A stretch of 62,859 nt of DNA from positions 1 through 62,859 of the forward strand of contig JAHLWZ010000069.1 in NCBI GenBank assembly GCA_020536535.1. Direction: 5' to 3'. This document shows positions 22,561 to 35,678 of this stretch, in pieces; within the stretch, counting starts at the first letter, position 1; every line of letters starts with the position of its first letter. Origin of the DNA: Pelomyxa schiedti (Eukaryota > Protista > Evosea). Both the position numbers and the translations under genes were made by a program. The notes under the pieces are model-generated. The model worked only from the letters and a program-made list of their open reading frames with translations. It did not search any database and was not told where the DNA came from.

Positions 22561-24091
22561 TTAGTTCAGCACGGGAGGGTGTGGGAAGGTGCTCCTCAAA
22601 CAGGTCCTGTAACCTATCAATTTCTTGTATGGAATTGCTTGAGGAGTCAAGTCCATCATTGATGCATACACAGTGCGGTCTATTTCTCCAAACCTAGTAC
22701 CTGGTAAAACTGAAGGAAAAGTGGTTTGGATTTTGGCATACAGAATTCCAAAATTGGGTATTTTCAGACTCTGCTGGGTGCCATTTTCCAAACATGCCAT
22801 ATACATCACTCGATTGATAGGCCCCAAACTCCTCCATGGCAACAGCGGCATGCATGAATGGTATGGCAGTGTCATTGCCATGTCTGAACTTGTGAGTGGA
22901 TGTGCTGTCAAATCTTGGCTTCCATCGAGCATACATCAAGTCCAAAATCTGTTGTTTCTTATAATTTTCAAGGTTATTAAGGTGTTTACATCTTTTCGCA
23001 TGAAATAGCACACATGACCAACGTATGGATGCTTTACAACCTTGGTGGCATCTGGGTGGTAATACCTTCAAAGACTAAGAAGATGTGTGTTTTGATGTGC
23101 GCATACGAATTTATCAGGGAATTAGAGTTTCCTACACTCCTGTGCCATATATTTTTTTCCATCTTATCGGGCATTGGTGCTCTATACCCAGGTGAGACAA
23201 AGATCTTCTGCCTCCCATTATTTGGGTCAATGAATCTAGTGTGCATCAGCAATATGGAGAATTGTACACAATGATAACATACAGATCTTTTGTAATATGA
23301 TTTGCAAGGAACATATCGTCATTTCTTTTATCAAGGGTTAATTCTTGTGAGTGTTTTGGTTTTGATTCGAGAAGCTCTCACAAATATAAAATACATGGAG
23401 CAAGGTTTGGTATTTTGTGCAAATGAGCCTCAATGGCGTTGGAATTGAAAGTTGGTAGTACTGAGGTATCTGGGAATATCTAAAATAAAAGGAGTGTGAT
23501 GGGGTCCCCAGCAAACAAGGTCATACCTCTTCATGTGTTACAATTCTAAAGCGTGGAGCGCTCAAATTTGCCCATGTTGGAACCTATGTAGATGTAAACT
23601 TAACAGGGTGAGTTTGAATACTTAAAGATGTTTGTAAACCTGTCCATTGGTTACTATAATAATATTTCTTGCCCATGGCATGAACTTCTCAATAGACCGA
23701 ATGGAGTACTTCAAAACGCCGTATTCTCTATAACCACCATCCCACTTCTTGTTGTATTTCTGCTCGGTTTTTCATTATTCTCCACAAATTTTATGACATT
23801 TTCCACAAACCTTCAGCAGTGCAGAGTGCGCCGGGTCACTGCCATTGACCCAAGTGTAAACAACGTCTACTTCCGTGCATATGTCCGGCTGTTCCGGTCC
23901 ATCAGGAATCGCCATGAACGTCTTGCTGCTCGTTGTTTTTGGCAACAATAACAAACAAAGCGTGCCAGCATCATCAGAAAAAGGAGAAAAAAACGTTCGA
24001 TTGTGGATCTCAAATACACGTACATGAACAGTATGTTGCAAGTGAAGAAAGCAACAACAAAAACCGCAACGCACGTGATCCGAACACGCAT
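22561..24091 (-). CDS. Stealth-family hexose-1-phosphate transferase (GNPTAB/CpsY-related), type II membrane protein
   Basis: N-terminal hydrophobic anchor; CR1 [12 protein letters not shown]; CR2 [13 protein letters not shown]...IIIVTNGQ...IVTHEEIFP...[19 protein letters not shown] and DDMF; CR3 HAIPYF-like HFR region. Confidence 0.88.
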
Positions 24092-24263
24092 CTAATTTGT
24101 GCTTCAAATAAAAAGATGAATCACCACAATTCAAGGCCTCAGACAAAGTCCTGAGCCCTAGGAGAACGAATCCTGCACAAATACAAAAGGACAACCCAAC
24201 ACTGTGTTAGAATTGGACTCAAGCACAGAAGTGATCAGACCGATTTCATTGTCACATCAACAA

Positions 24264-24798
24264 ATGAATACGCTGGACGAGGAAGCACCGGACAGAATAG
24301 CACACAACGAAGGCATCTTATACTTCTGGTGTGTGTGGTCGTTATTTGCGCACATGCACCCTTTTCTTTCTTTTTGTGATTGATGTAGTAGAGTGTTTAT
24401 TTCGTGCTTGTCTGGGTGTGCTGCTGGTATTCTTGGGCTCAAGTCATTGTGGGGATTTGCTGGCTTTGTGGTCTCCTCGCTGATCACCACCGTGCTCATA
24501 CTGATACTGGGCACCACCCCGCAAACGGCTCACGGGAAGTATTTTAAGAGTTCCGTAACCCCCTGGTCTCATTCTCTGATGCAGGGCGCAATGGTATGAT
24601 TCAATTCTTGTATGCGTTATTTGTTTGTGTTTTTCATTGATAAATATGTCGCTGGTGAAAACAATGTTATCTTCTGTTATGAATTCCTTTTTTTCCCTTT
24701 GTTGTTTGTATTGTTACCCTTTGCTAAACAAACGCACTTTGCAGACTTACGTTCTTTTTTGGACCCTCCTGTTTGACATGGTGCATGTCTACAGCTGA
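24264..24798 (+). CDS. EMC6: ER membrane protein complex subunit 6
   Basis: IAHNEGILYF...FISCLSGCAAGILGLKSLWGFAGF...KYF...TYVLFWTLLFDMVHVYS*, matching the EMC6/Rab5ip pattern. Confidence 0.9.
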
Positions 24799-24946
24799 GA
24801 AAACAGCTTCTCCCACGCACAGAAGTTTTGTACCCATCTCCAACTTTGGGATTCGTAAATGCAATCCCACTTGTGCCCATTGAGCAAATATTCCAACAAG
24901 AAAGAAATCAAAATCACACTTCTTTTTTCTTCTATCTTGTTTATGT

Positions 24947-25650
24947 CTAGATGTGGAAGGAACCACCCAAGAGCTTAACAAATTCCCTAAGCATTGCTGG
25001 GTGAGCAGGCCATGCTGGTGATGTGACAAGGTTGCCATCAACAACAGCATTATCCAGTCCAGGAACCATGGTCCCAACTGTTCCACCACAAACGGGGATA
25101 TCTATTGGCAATGTAAGTTAGGAATTAATTCTCTCAGTATTATTGTGCTGTATTGACTGTGTCACATACCAGGGTTGCATGCGGGGTACCCGATTGCGGT
25201 CCTTCCCTTGAGAACACCAGCAGCAGCCAACACCAAGGGGCCGTGGCAGATAGCGGCCACTGGCTTCCTTGCAGTCATAAAGTGGCGAACAATGTCCAGA
25301 ACCTTGGGGTTGAGGCGAAGGTACTCGGGTGACCTGCCACCAGGAATGTAAAGTCCAGCATACTCCTCGGGATTAATGGTAGCAAAGGTGGCATTCAAAG
25401 CAAAGTTATGTCCTCGCTTCTCACTTTTTAATGCAACCAAACATATTAGACAAAACAGGATAAAACCGTATCATTAATACTAATACATAAATAAAGAACC
25501 GTAGCGAAAAGACACGTACGTGTATGTCTGATGACCTTCAAAGTCGTGAACCGATGTGGCTACCTTTGCTCCCGACTCCATGTCAGGGCACACTACGTGA
25601 ACAGTGTATCCCAACATGCAAAGTGCTTGAAACGGCACCATGAGCTCATA
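24947..25650 (-). pseudogene. PfpI/DJ-1 family gene, copy lacking exon 1 (5'-deleted as assembled)
   Basis: [10 protein letters not shown]...[23 protein letters not shown]...[13 protein letters not shown]...AAICHGP...VVDGNLVTSPAWP. Compared with 61813-62650 it lacks 466 bp holding [15 protein letters not shown], and an in-frame TGA lies 6 codons upstream of the junction. Family call is strong; pseudogene status may be an assembly artefact. Confidence 0.6.
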
Positions 25651-25755
25651 AGAGAAGCAAATTGATCAAATACCAGCCAATTTGCAGTTGCGCTTCGGCC
25701 CAATATCGGGGACAGGTTCGGTTTGATTAGGGTTTGGGGGAGTGCGAACGTTACG

Positions 25756-28700
25756 ATGGTGAAAAAAAGCACGAAGAAGTTCCAGACCAAGCACCTGCAG
25801 CATCGCCTGCAACAAAGGAACGAATACCAAAAAAAAGCGAAATTGTGTGGTCCCTTACTATGTCACCCTTTTTTTCTTCAATGCAATTAACCATGCAACC
25901 ATGCAACACACAAAAGCTTCACCAAGAAGCCAAAGAGATTATCTGATGGAACTGCTGTTCTCAAAGGAGCTGCACCCACAAAAACCACACAAGCTGAGCC
26001 AAAACCCTCCAAAGTTGATGATCTTCCTGGTATGTGCGTTTGTCCTGTGACATTCCTCTTAATATTCTCCCTTCTTCTAAAAGATGATTTTGGTGCTGAG
26101 AAAAACCAAGTCCTTGATGATGACTCCGAAGTATGTTATGCTTTTTTTATTTATCTTTCGAAATAACGTGTAATCAGATATCTGATATCTCTGGTCGTTT
26201 TACATCTGGGCCACTCTATTTGTTAACCTTTTTAATTAGATGATGATGTCTATGACCTAAATGAGCTGTCTTCCGCAGTTGGTGATGGAGAGATAGATTC
26301 AGCCACATCCAAGTCTATTAAAAATGATGCCGCATCTCTGGGAAGCAACCAAGAAGTTCAGGAGGTTGTACTTTGCAATCTCGTAATTTCTAACTAATGA
26401 GACCTAGTTAAAAGGGAAAGTGACAAAACACTCGTCTCAATTAGAAGAGTTGAAAGAGGCCGATCCTGAATTTTTTGCCTACTTGCAGAAAACCGATCCA
26501 AATTTACTGAATTTCGAAGGTATAATGATTTGTTCTTCGATTGATGAACCTCTTATAAGGTGGTGACTCCAATGATGAAGGAGATGATGAAGAGGATCAG
26601 AGTGATGAAGACAAAGAGGAAGAGGAGGGAGAGGAAGAGGAAGAGGAAGACAGTGATGACAAAAGTAAACCTGGGAAGGAAAAGGGAGCAAAAGAAAAAA
26701 AGATAAAAGGAGAAGAAACCAATAAACCACAACGAGTGATTACAATACCCGTGATAACAAAGTGGGTTGACATTGCCCTCGCAAAGGTTTTCTTCTTAGG
26801 TGTTTGCAGCATCTTTACTCTTTTCAGCACTCAGTGATGTCCCTTAAAATTCTGTCTGCAATGTTTCATGTTGGCTGCAACATCTCCAATGAGAAGTTAC
26901 AGTATAGAATACCATCAAGGTTTGTTTTGCCAATTTGCTTTGCTTATTGATTGCATTGCAGCGAAGTGTATGACAAACTTATGGTCTCCTGCCTCCGAGT
27001 AATCCCGACTCTACTTAACAAGCTGTTGCCATCACCTCCTTGTGTGTTGGTAGGAGGCGATAGTGCTTCCTCAAGCGGAAGTATTGGCGGCTGGCTCGTT
27101 CGCAATTATGAAGAAATACTTAAAAAGAACCCCAGATGGGAATCCCTATCAGACATTTTAAAAAGATTGCTCGCAGATTTCGTGGCACTTTTAGGGCAAC
27201 TCACTGTATAGCTTTATTCACCCTTGATGTCGTTCTCATTTTTCCCTCACAGGAAAAAAGTATGCTCGTTTTCACATTGAATTGTTTGGAGTCAGTCGTA
27301 GTTTATTTTTCCTGTTACGCTGGTTCAGCTCGGAAGATTTTGAAGGCACTGTATACATTACAGTGTTCTGTATTCTTACAACCCAACCTAAATAGACCCT
27401 GCTGCAGCACTGGTCCACTGGCGAACGAGATGTACAACTTGCTGCCTTTACGAATATTTTGAAAATGAGTGTCTGTTGTCCACACCCCTTCCTTGACATA
27501 GTTTTAAAGGTACTGAGGCCTAAACCACCATGCCCATTTTCCTTAACACTGATTTAGGCAACCTATCTTACGCTGGTGCGCGTAACACAACACTTCACTG
27601 CTGCTGATTCCCAACGAGTGGTTTTCATGACGAACAGCATTATTGAGTTGTGTGGAATTGACTTAGCTTGCACTTACCAGCACATGTTTATTTACGTTCG
27701 ACAACTTGCTATTCATTTGCGGAATGCTGTAATGCACAAAGAAGGCACTGAGGTGACTTTGCCATCTACAGCTTGCTTCGTCTTACCCAAACCAGGCAGT
27801 ACTTAAAAAATCCGTTCACAATTGGCAGTATGTTCACAGCCTCAATGTGTGGGTGGAAGTGTTGCGGGCTTTCTCTGCTCAGGTTTATATCCTCTGCCAT
27901 CCCCCAAAAAAAGGAGTAAAAGAACTAGGACCCAATCAAACACTTGGTGTACCCAGTCATTCAGATAATCATGGGTTTACTAGAACATGCGAATTCCAAC
28001 AAGCAAATGCCAATGCGGTTTGTTTGCACCCGCATGCTTCTGAATCTTTGTGCAGCAACAGGCATATTCGCTAATCCACTGCCTTTTCTTCTCGAGGTTG
28101 TCTCTGTTCCCCTTTGTTTGCACTAATTTCATTTAGTGCATCCAACATCCAGATGTAATAAAATCTTCACCAAAACGAGGTCAACCTATAGATTGGGAGC
28201 ACACCCTCACCCTTAGTGAGGGAACGCTTGGCTCAAGAATTGTAGCAGTGAGTTTCGAATAAGCATATATAGCAATCTTAATTCCACTAGGAAGGAGTTA
28301 TAGAGCAAGTGCATACTCTTATACTACAATTCCTGTCTATGCATAGCACCTCCATTGCATTTCCCGAGATAGCAATGCCTTGCGTTGTATTCTTGAGAAG
28401 GTTCAAGAAACACTGTGGAAATCCCGCAATGGCAAAAGAACTTGGCACTCTACTTGAAAAGGCTAGAGCACATTTTTTCCCATGTGACACCTAACACACT
28501 GACAGATTGAAGAGAACATGAAACTGGTGCTAAGTAAAAGAGGGAACGTAGAATATGGCCCCCAGGATACGGAAAAAGCCAAAGCATTTATGCAGGAAGA
28601 GAAAGATAAAAAATCGGTAATTGCTCATACTGTATATAATTCCAAAAAAGGAGAAATTAACTCGGTTCCACACAGACGCCACTGCATTTAGCATTTGACA

Positions 28701-29113
28701 AGTTCCTAAAGCACAAGCAATTAACTGATGCCCGGTTGCATTCTTCCAACAAACGCAATGAGAATGAACAAGGAGCTGAAGAGAAAGGCAACAAAGCCAG
28801 AAACAAACCAAGGCCCAAAAAAGGAGCACAGAAAGGAGGCAAACCAAGAGGAGGCAAAGCTGGTGGTGTTAAACCGATAGTAAAGCCTGGAAAGAATATC
28901 AAGCTACCTCCAATGACCAAGAAGAACAAGCCAACTAGAGGTGATACTGATACCAACAATAAGAAGAAGTTGTTACCAAGAAAAAGAGCTGGCCCCAATG
29001 TCAAGCACACAAACCCAAAAGGTAATCTAATACAAAACGAACATGGAATCATCCAGCTCACGTCTAACAGGAAGCAAGCAAAAGCGGCTAGGTTGATAGC
29101 CTTATGTAGTTGA
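25756..29113 (+). CDS. NOC2: Nucleolar complex protein 2 (3' end approximate)
   Basis: MVKKSTKKFQTKHL..., HSSQLEELKEADPEFFAYLQKTDPNLLNF, YQHMFIYVRQLAIHLRNA, SVHNWQYVHSL, LVYPVIQI, SIAFPE. Confidence 0.93.
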
Positions 29114-29237
29114 TTTGTGATGTGGAAAAGACTGATAGATAGACAGCCCAATAGAGATAGTGAGGTGAAGAGTTTTCATTTGGTTTTTTTAAAAACAAAA
29201 TCAAAATCTTTGGTGCATCATTACAACTCGAAGTCGA

Positions 29238-32200
29238 TCATAAAGAACCAAAGCCACCACCTCCAGGTGTCATGATTATAACTACGGGAATTCCAAGTCA
29301 GTAAAAAGATAGAAGAGGGAGGTTTAAGGTGACACGTGATTTTGGAAAATTACATTTGTCTCCTGGTCTGACTCGGCAAGAGTTTTTACCTCCTAAGTTG
29401 ATAGGTGTCTCAGCACCTTTGCGGTAGAGCAGGTTGAGGCCTTTGGATCCGTCGGTACCTCCTTCCAAACCACGTGGGGCTGGTGTGGTTAAGTTAAAAA
29501 TGGGGGAAAAAAACCGGCAATGGAATCCGCACCAAAAACTCGACGCTCAGAAAGAATTCCGATAGTCAGTGGCTTGTGGGAAATTACCAACGATATGGAT
29601 AGGGAAGGCAGGCAGACCTTGGTAAACTCGAAACTCCGGACTACTCCATTGCCACCATTGTGCTTCCCCTTCCCACCTGAGCCTTTGCGGACTGAAAAGC
29701 TTCGGAGAATAATGGGGTACCTCCTTTCCATTATTTCAACATCTGGCAAATTGTGAGAGATATGAAGTAGTTTGCTTTTTCCTACCAGTTATCCTAGTGT
29801 TGGTCATGTGCACTTGCACAGCACTTTCACCATTCCATGAAGGGCCGGCACCTGATCCACCCGCTATTGTTTCATAATATCTTTATTGGGTATTAGAGGG
29901 TGCTTTGGTAATTTCCTGAGGTTTTACCCAAAGGTTTCATCCCCAAATGTGAAGTTGTTCATGCATCCTTGGGAACATGCAGACGCCTTATAATAATCAC
30001 ACTTCCTTTACTTCGGAAAGAAGCTAACCTTGAAGGCGGAAAGGATCACATCTGTGATTCTCTGGCTGGTTAAAACATTTCCTCCAACCACTGCAGCATC
30101 TTCACTGGGGTTTAATATCGACCCAGAGGGTAGTATAATTTCTGAAGAATAAATAAATTTTCAGTAGAATTTCAAATTTAAAAGAGACAACAAACTTACT
30201 TATTGGAATCAAACACCCATTGTTAAGGGGAATGTCTCTTTTTACGAGACATCGAAGGCAGTATAGCACAGCAGACTTTGTTACACTTGGGGGGGTGTTA
30301 CAATTTGCTGAAAGGAGATGAGTTTAGAGTATGTAAATTCAAGATGTACTCAATGTCTGGAAGCCAGATCCATTAAAGTCAAACAAGGCGGAGCCATCAT
30401 TTCTATTTATAGTAATCCTCAACTGCCAAGAAAGTTATTCGGTGCCTAATTAACAGAGTTATTACTCTGATAGGAGTTCCGTCATCCATAAAATCCTCTA
30501 CCAGCGTGGTGAACGGCTATTAGAGTTGGAAAAATAACGAACCCGATACAAGCGAGCCGACTGGGTCGAGGCGTTCTTGCAAAGAAAGTTGTGTGAGAAC
30601 TTCTCTTACTGCTTGCTCAGCATTGTGTTGGACTAAGTAAAAGGTAAATTAAAACACTTTCATTATAATTTAGGAGGGATACCATGGTACATGTAGGCAA
30701 CTACAACGTCCAAGGTATATGCCGCAATTAATTCTATTGCAACAGTAAGGGAATGACAATGACTATGAGAAATATTCACCTCGAATTAAGCAGACGCCTT
30801 TGTGATTAGCTGCAATCTACAAACAAGGTTTGTGAAAGTAGAAAGGTTTGTTGAGGCACCTGCGCTCTGAGGTCATTTAATACATCAGCCATACGACGAG
30901 GAGCATTCCCCCCCTGAGTGCACATCAGGTGGGTTATTCCTTCTTCCTGTAAAATGAGTTACTGGTTGCGAACTCTCGGTTTATCACCTGAAATTGTGAA
31001 TTCTCAACAAGCTTGAAGGTTTTGATACGGGCTCCTTCATCTTCAAGTGAGGTGCTGAATGGTGGCATTGAACCTATTCAACTGGTGAGTATTAAAAGAG
31101 ATTGTAAATAAAATTAGGAGTAAATAAAAGTGTTCATATAAACCAGGTGTGATTCCCCCAATGTCTGCATGGTGTCCACGTGACGCCACATAGAACACTG
31201 GACGTCCAGAGTGGTGTACCTGTAAAAGGTGTTAGGAGGTTTTTATGCACAGGAAGACTACTGGTGTCATCACAGTGATATCAGGTAAGTGGCTACCAGC
31301 ACAGGAAGGATGATTACTGACTACAACTTCACCCTCCTTCCAACTCTCACCTCAAGGGTAATCAGAATAATTTATAATGATACCGGGTGCTACCTAAGGA
31401 CTTAATTTGCCAATTAACAGCATCTGCCATACTTCCCAAATGAACGGGTAAATGTGGCGCATTAGCTACCAATCCACCGTTTGGCTGTTTGACGTAGGTT
31501 TTAACGGATGGTTGTGTATACATACATCAAAAATAGCACATGAAAAATCTGAGTACTGAAGGTCAGTTTCAACTCGAGAGGGGAAAGCTTACCAAGCCGC
31601 TCTTTGATGTTGGTTGACACTGCAGTCCTCTGTAACACTTTTCCCATCTGTTCAGCTATACTCATAAACCGATTGGAGAAAAGGGATAGCATGATTGGAT
31701 CGACTCCCTCACTTGTGATTGTAAAACAGCTTAATCTCAGTGGAGTAGAACTACTTGGCGGTAATTCTTTCACTGTCACCAATATCAATCAGAAGGTCCC
31801 CTGAAGCAGTGACGTTGACTAAACAGTCCGCTGGTACAACAATAGTGGTATAGTTTCCAACAACAATAGCTGGTCCCTAAGGAAAGAAAATCAACGCAAA
31901 CAATCTGGAACAAGGAAATAAAAACCATAATTTTGTGACCAGTTAATAGCTTCTCAAACATGAAAACTCCCACATCTTTCCACCCATCCTTTTTACGTAA
32001 TAAGGGAAATCTGAGGATTATAGTTAAAAGTTACTTCGAAGTATGTTCTAGTAACGGAGCACGGCGTTGGAGTCTCTGCGCTAACTTCAGCAAGAGGTAG
32101 TTGAAACTGAGGAGATTGTCCAACACATCTAACCCGGATATCATCAACAATGATATCCCTGTTCTAAGGCGTGTTGGCTGGGCTAGGGGGATAATGTATG

Positions 32201-34841
32201 TATACATTCACTCTGAAGCCATACTCTCGTTCATACTGCTTCTCAAATGCTATCTTGAAATCTTTATCTTCTGGTTCTTTTATTGTGTGTGAAGCATCCA
32301 TTCCCTCAGTTATATGTTAAAGGAGCTGCAAAATCGGCGGTATACTTGGTAGCGTAAGTTCAAAATTCTTGTAATCTTAATATTTGAATCAGAGAATCCA
32401 AGTTTCCTGAGCCGAGAAGTGGGCTCCTCAGCAAGGAAGTTGAATCTACTGTAAATAGCATCAATGGTTTCTGGCGAGTATTTCAGGGAGGATGGTGCCT
32501 ATTTTTAAAACCTTAAAAGGCCACAGGTGAACTGACAAAGTAACCTGTGCTTCGTACACTTTGTCAGCTAGAGATAGTCCGACAGCACTCAATATACTGG
32601 CATATCTGTGGACGAACACCTTCCTTATTCCAAGAAGTCTAGCAACTGTGCAGCAGTGTTGTCCACCTGCTCCCCCAAAGCAGGCTAACACGTGATGAGC
32701 CGGATCCAGTCCACGCATCTCCGTTAAACCACGAATCGGCCGGCACATTGTTTCATTTGCAACACGAATAAAGCCCAAAGCAACTTCTTCTGGAGTCATA
32801 GATTTTCTCCCTTGGTGCTTTGTTCAGGGTACTATAAGACATTGTGCAATTAAACCTGAGTTAACAGAAAGCCATTCATTTACTTCAACTGTGATATGTT
32901 CAAAAGCAGCTCTGGTAGCTTCGCAATCCAAGGGCAGGTCATTGGAGGGGCCAAAAATTGAAGGGAAAAAGCGTGGTAAAATTCTACCCAGGAACAAGTT
33001 GGCATCTGTAATGGAAAGGTAGCCACCTTTGCGATAGCACACTGGGCCTGGATCAGCACTTAGTCCATTTCACAAGGTGATGGCCTTTGCTAACCTGGAT
33101 TTGCTCCAGACGATTCAGGGCCAGCAAGGAACAATCCAGATTTAAAGAAAAGCCGACTTCCACCACCCGCAGCTACTGTTGTTATGTCCAACTGTGGAGT
33201 CATAATACTGACACCTATACAGGATGTAATCATATTTCTGAGAGCCAGAGGATTTACCTGCTGTTACTGTCTCAATTACATGCTCCAGTTCGCCAGCAAA
33301 TCTACTAACATCTGTTGATGTACCACCCTTCACAAAATTACTGCATCCTGGGTAGGAAAATAAAAAGTACCATATCAAAACCAATCACAGGGCTCTTGAC
33401 AACACTCCATGTGGTTAGTGAATATCCAACCACACCACCTACTCAATTTCAATGAAGTTCATGAACAATGTGTTGCATACCTGCGGGACCTGAAAGAATC
33501 GATTTAAACCCATTTAACTCTGATACTGGGCACAATCCACCATCACTCATCATGAATGTCACATCAACATTCTAACTTGCGTTAAAACCCTAAAGCAAGC
33601 AGTGAAATCATACTGGAAAGTTTGAATCAAATCCTGCAGAAAAGCTTTTCACATATTCACGAATGAGAGGCGTGAGGTATGCGTCTACGCAGGCTGTTTG
33701 GCCGCGTGGAACAACTTTTACCATTGGCGCAAGTTGTGATGATAGTGACACTTGCTCAAATCCTATGCTACTGGCAATTCGGCCAACTTCCAGCTCATGA
33801 TTTGGGAACAGGTATGAATGAACTAGAACAACAGCAATCGACCGGATGCCTGTATCGTAGAGTTTCTAACTGCTTGTGAGTCGACTCTTAAAAAAGGTGA
33901 GACTCTTGTCACTTGTAAGCTCTGCCTAAGGTTATCAACATTGATTGGCTTCTCCACATGAACGAACTCTCCACTGACAGTTTGGAAGATTGTTCTTCCT
34001 AAAACCGGTTTAGCTCCCATGAATACCGAATTAATATAATACCATCTGCAGAAAATCCTTGTGGAAGGTCCTTCGCAAGAACCACCCTTTCCTCAACTTC
34101 CACTACCTCCGAATAGATCAATTCAGGCCTTACGATGTTAAGATCAAACAGACGAGGGCGAGTCTGGTTCCCTGGTGAACATGGAGTAAGGTGAAAGTGA
34201 GTTAATTTAAATTACATTTAAATGCCTTGTTAAATCAATCAATCGATTCTTTTTTTAGAGGATAGAGGGAGCATACCGATGAAGAGGAGATCAGCGAACC
34301 CTTGTGTGATGCAGAGTACAGTTGGGACACCCTTGCGCTCCAGAAGGGCGTTGGTTGCAACCTGAAGGGGTCACTCAGTTGGGTGAAGGAATAAATGAAA
34401 TGATATTTATAAGTTGAGTGATGAGTTGGCGCATAGTTGTCTGGGGGACGAGGGCGGTGGGCGTACCGTTGTTCCCATTCTTATCGAGCCGATGTTGCGC
34501 GTGGGTACAGGTTCTGACCGAGGCAGAGCTGTGCCCAATACCTTCTCGAGAACCACACGGATGCCCTCCCTTGGTGCATCGCTGTAAGAGTGGTCCTTGG
34601 ACAACAACTTGTGCACCACAACACGCTCCTCCACGGCTCCGTGCTTGTTCTCGGTCACAACCTGCTATTCATTAGAAGAAGAGCCACACCCCAAGATAAT
34701 AAGATTCAGCGGGTTTGTCGTGATGGATTATGGGTTAAGGTGTGTATGTTCAGTGTTGCCCAAAGAACAACACACAACCCTGGCAAAAACGTCAGTGAAC
34801 GTCCCACCACGATCAATGGCGAAGTGCACTTTGGTAGACAT
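29238..34841 (-). CDS. OPLAH: ATP-dependent 5-oxoprolinase (fused hydantoinase A/B)
   Basis: [74 protein letters not shown]...[45 protein letters not shown]. Confidence 0.96.
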
Positions 34842-35007
34842 GTTAACCAATGACAAGCTGCTTTCAATTCCGCAGACAAGACAAAAAAATCCGTTTCTTG
34901 TTCATCATGATTAAACCAAAACGCCCGAACATTCCGTTCCTTGAAGTACACAATTGGAAGTATTTTGCACTCTTGTGTTTTTTTGTTGTTTGTTGTGTGA
35001 CTTAGAT

Positions 35008-35522
35008 TCAAGGTTTGGGCCTCGACATGCATGCGTCAGAGAAAAGGGTGGCTGTGCTTGTATCTGAAGGTATTTAGAACACAAGAATGGAGGGGAATAC
35101 AATCCGAATTGCGCATACCCACAGTCAGGGCAAATGACGTGCCCGCCGTTACCGACAAGGAATAAGTAGTCTTCGCAGTCAACGGTACTGTGAATTGGAA
35201 CCCGGGATCCAAGCCGCACGTTCCAGAAGTGGTGACGGGGGATAACGTGCAAGTACTGTCACGGACAATGATTGCCGCTGTAGCGTCAAGGCATGCGGAA
35301 AACGTAAATGTTACAGATGCGCTGGGGGTCATGATAAAGAGGTCTCCGGTAGTTGCTGGGAACAAACGAAGTTAGAGGAAAGGAATAAAAAGGGGAAAAA
35401 AAAAGGTTTGTACCGGTAATAGTTTGAGTTTTGCCGGTTAGTCGTACTGGAGTTCCTGTGCAGTCACCATAGGCGCTACCCACCATCGCCACCACGCAAA
35501 AGACCAACAACGCTGCCTTCAT
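35008..35522 (-). CDS. Small secreted Thr-rich beta-sandwich-like protein
   Basis: Signal peptide MKAALLVFCVVAMVGSAYG-D; three exons join in frame through GT-AG and end DTSTATLFSDACMSRPKP*. Confidence 0.7.
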
Positions 35523-35678
35523 CGCCGTTTTTTTTTTTTTTTTTGGAGATTTCTTTCAAACGAACGAAAATGGCCTAAATGCGGATTTACGTAAGTCACC
35601 CGGAAATCTTTTAGACGATTTGTGCCATCAAATTGCGCGAGTAGTGAGGGTATTGGCTAAAGGCCAACTTCCTTTCAA

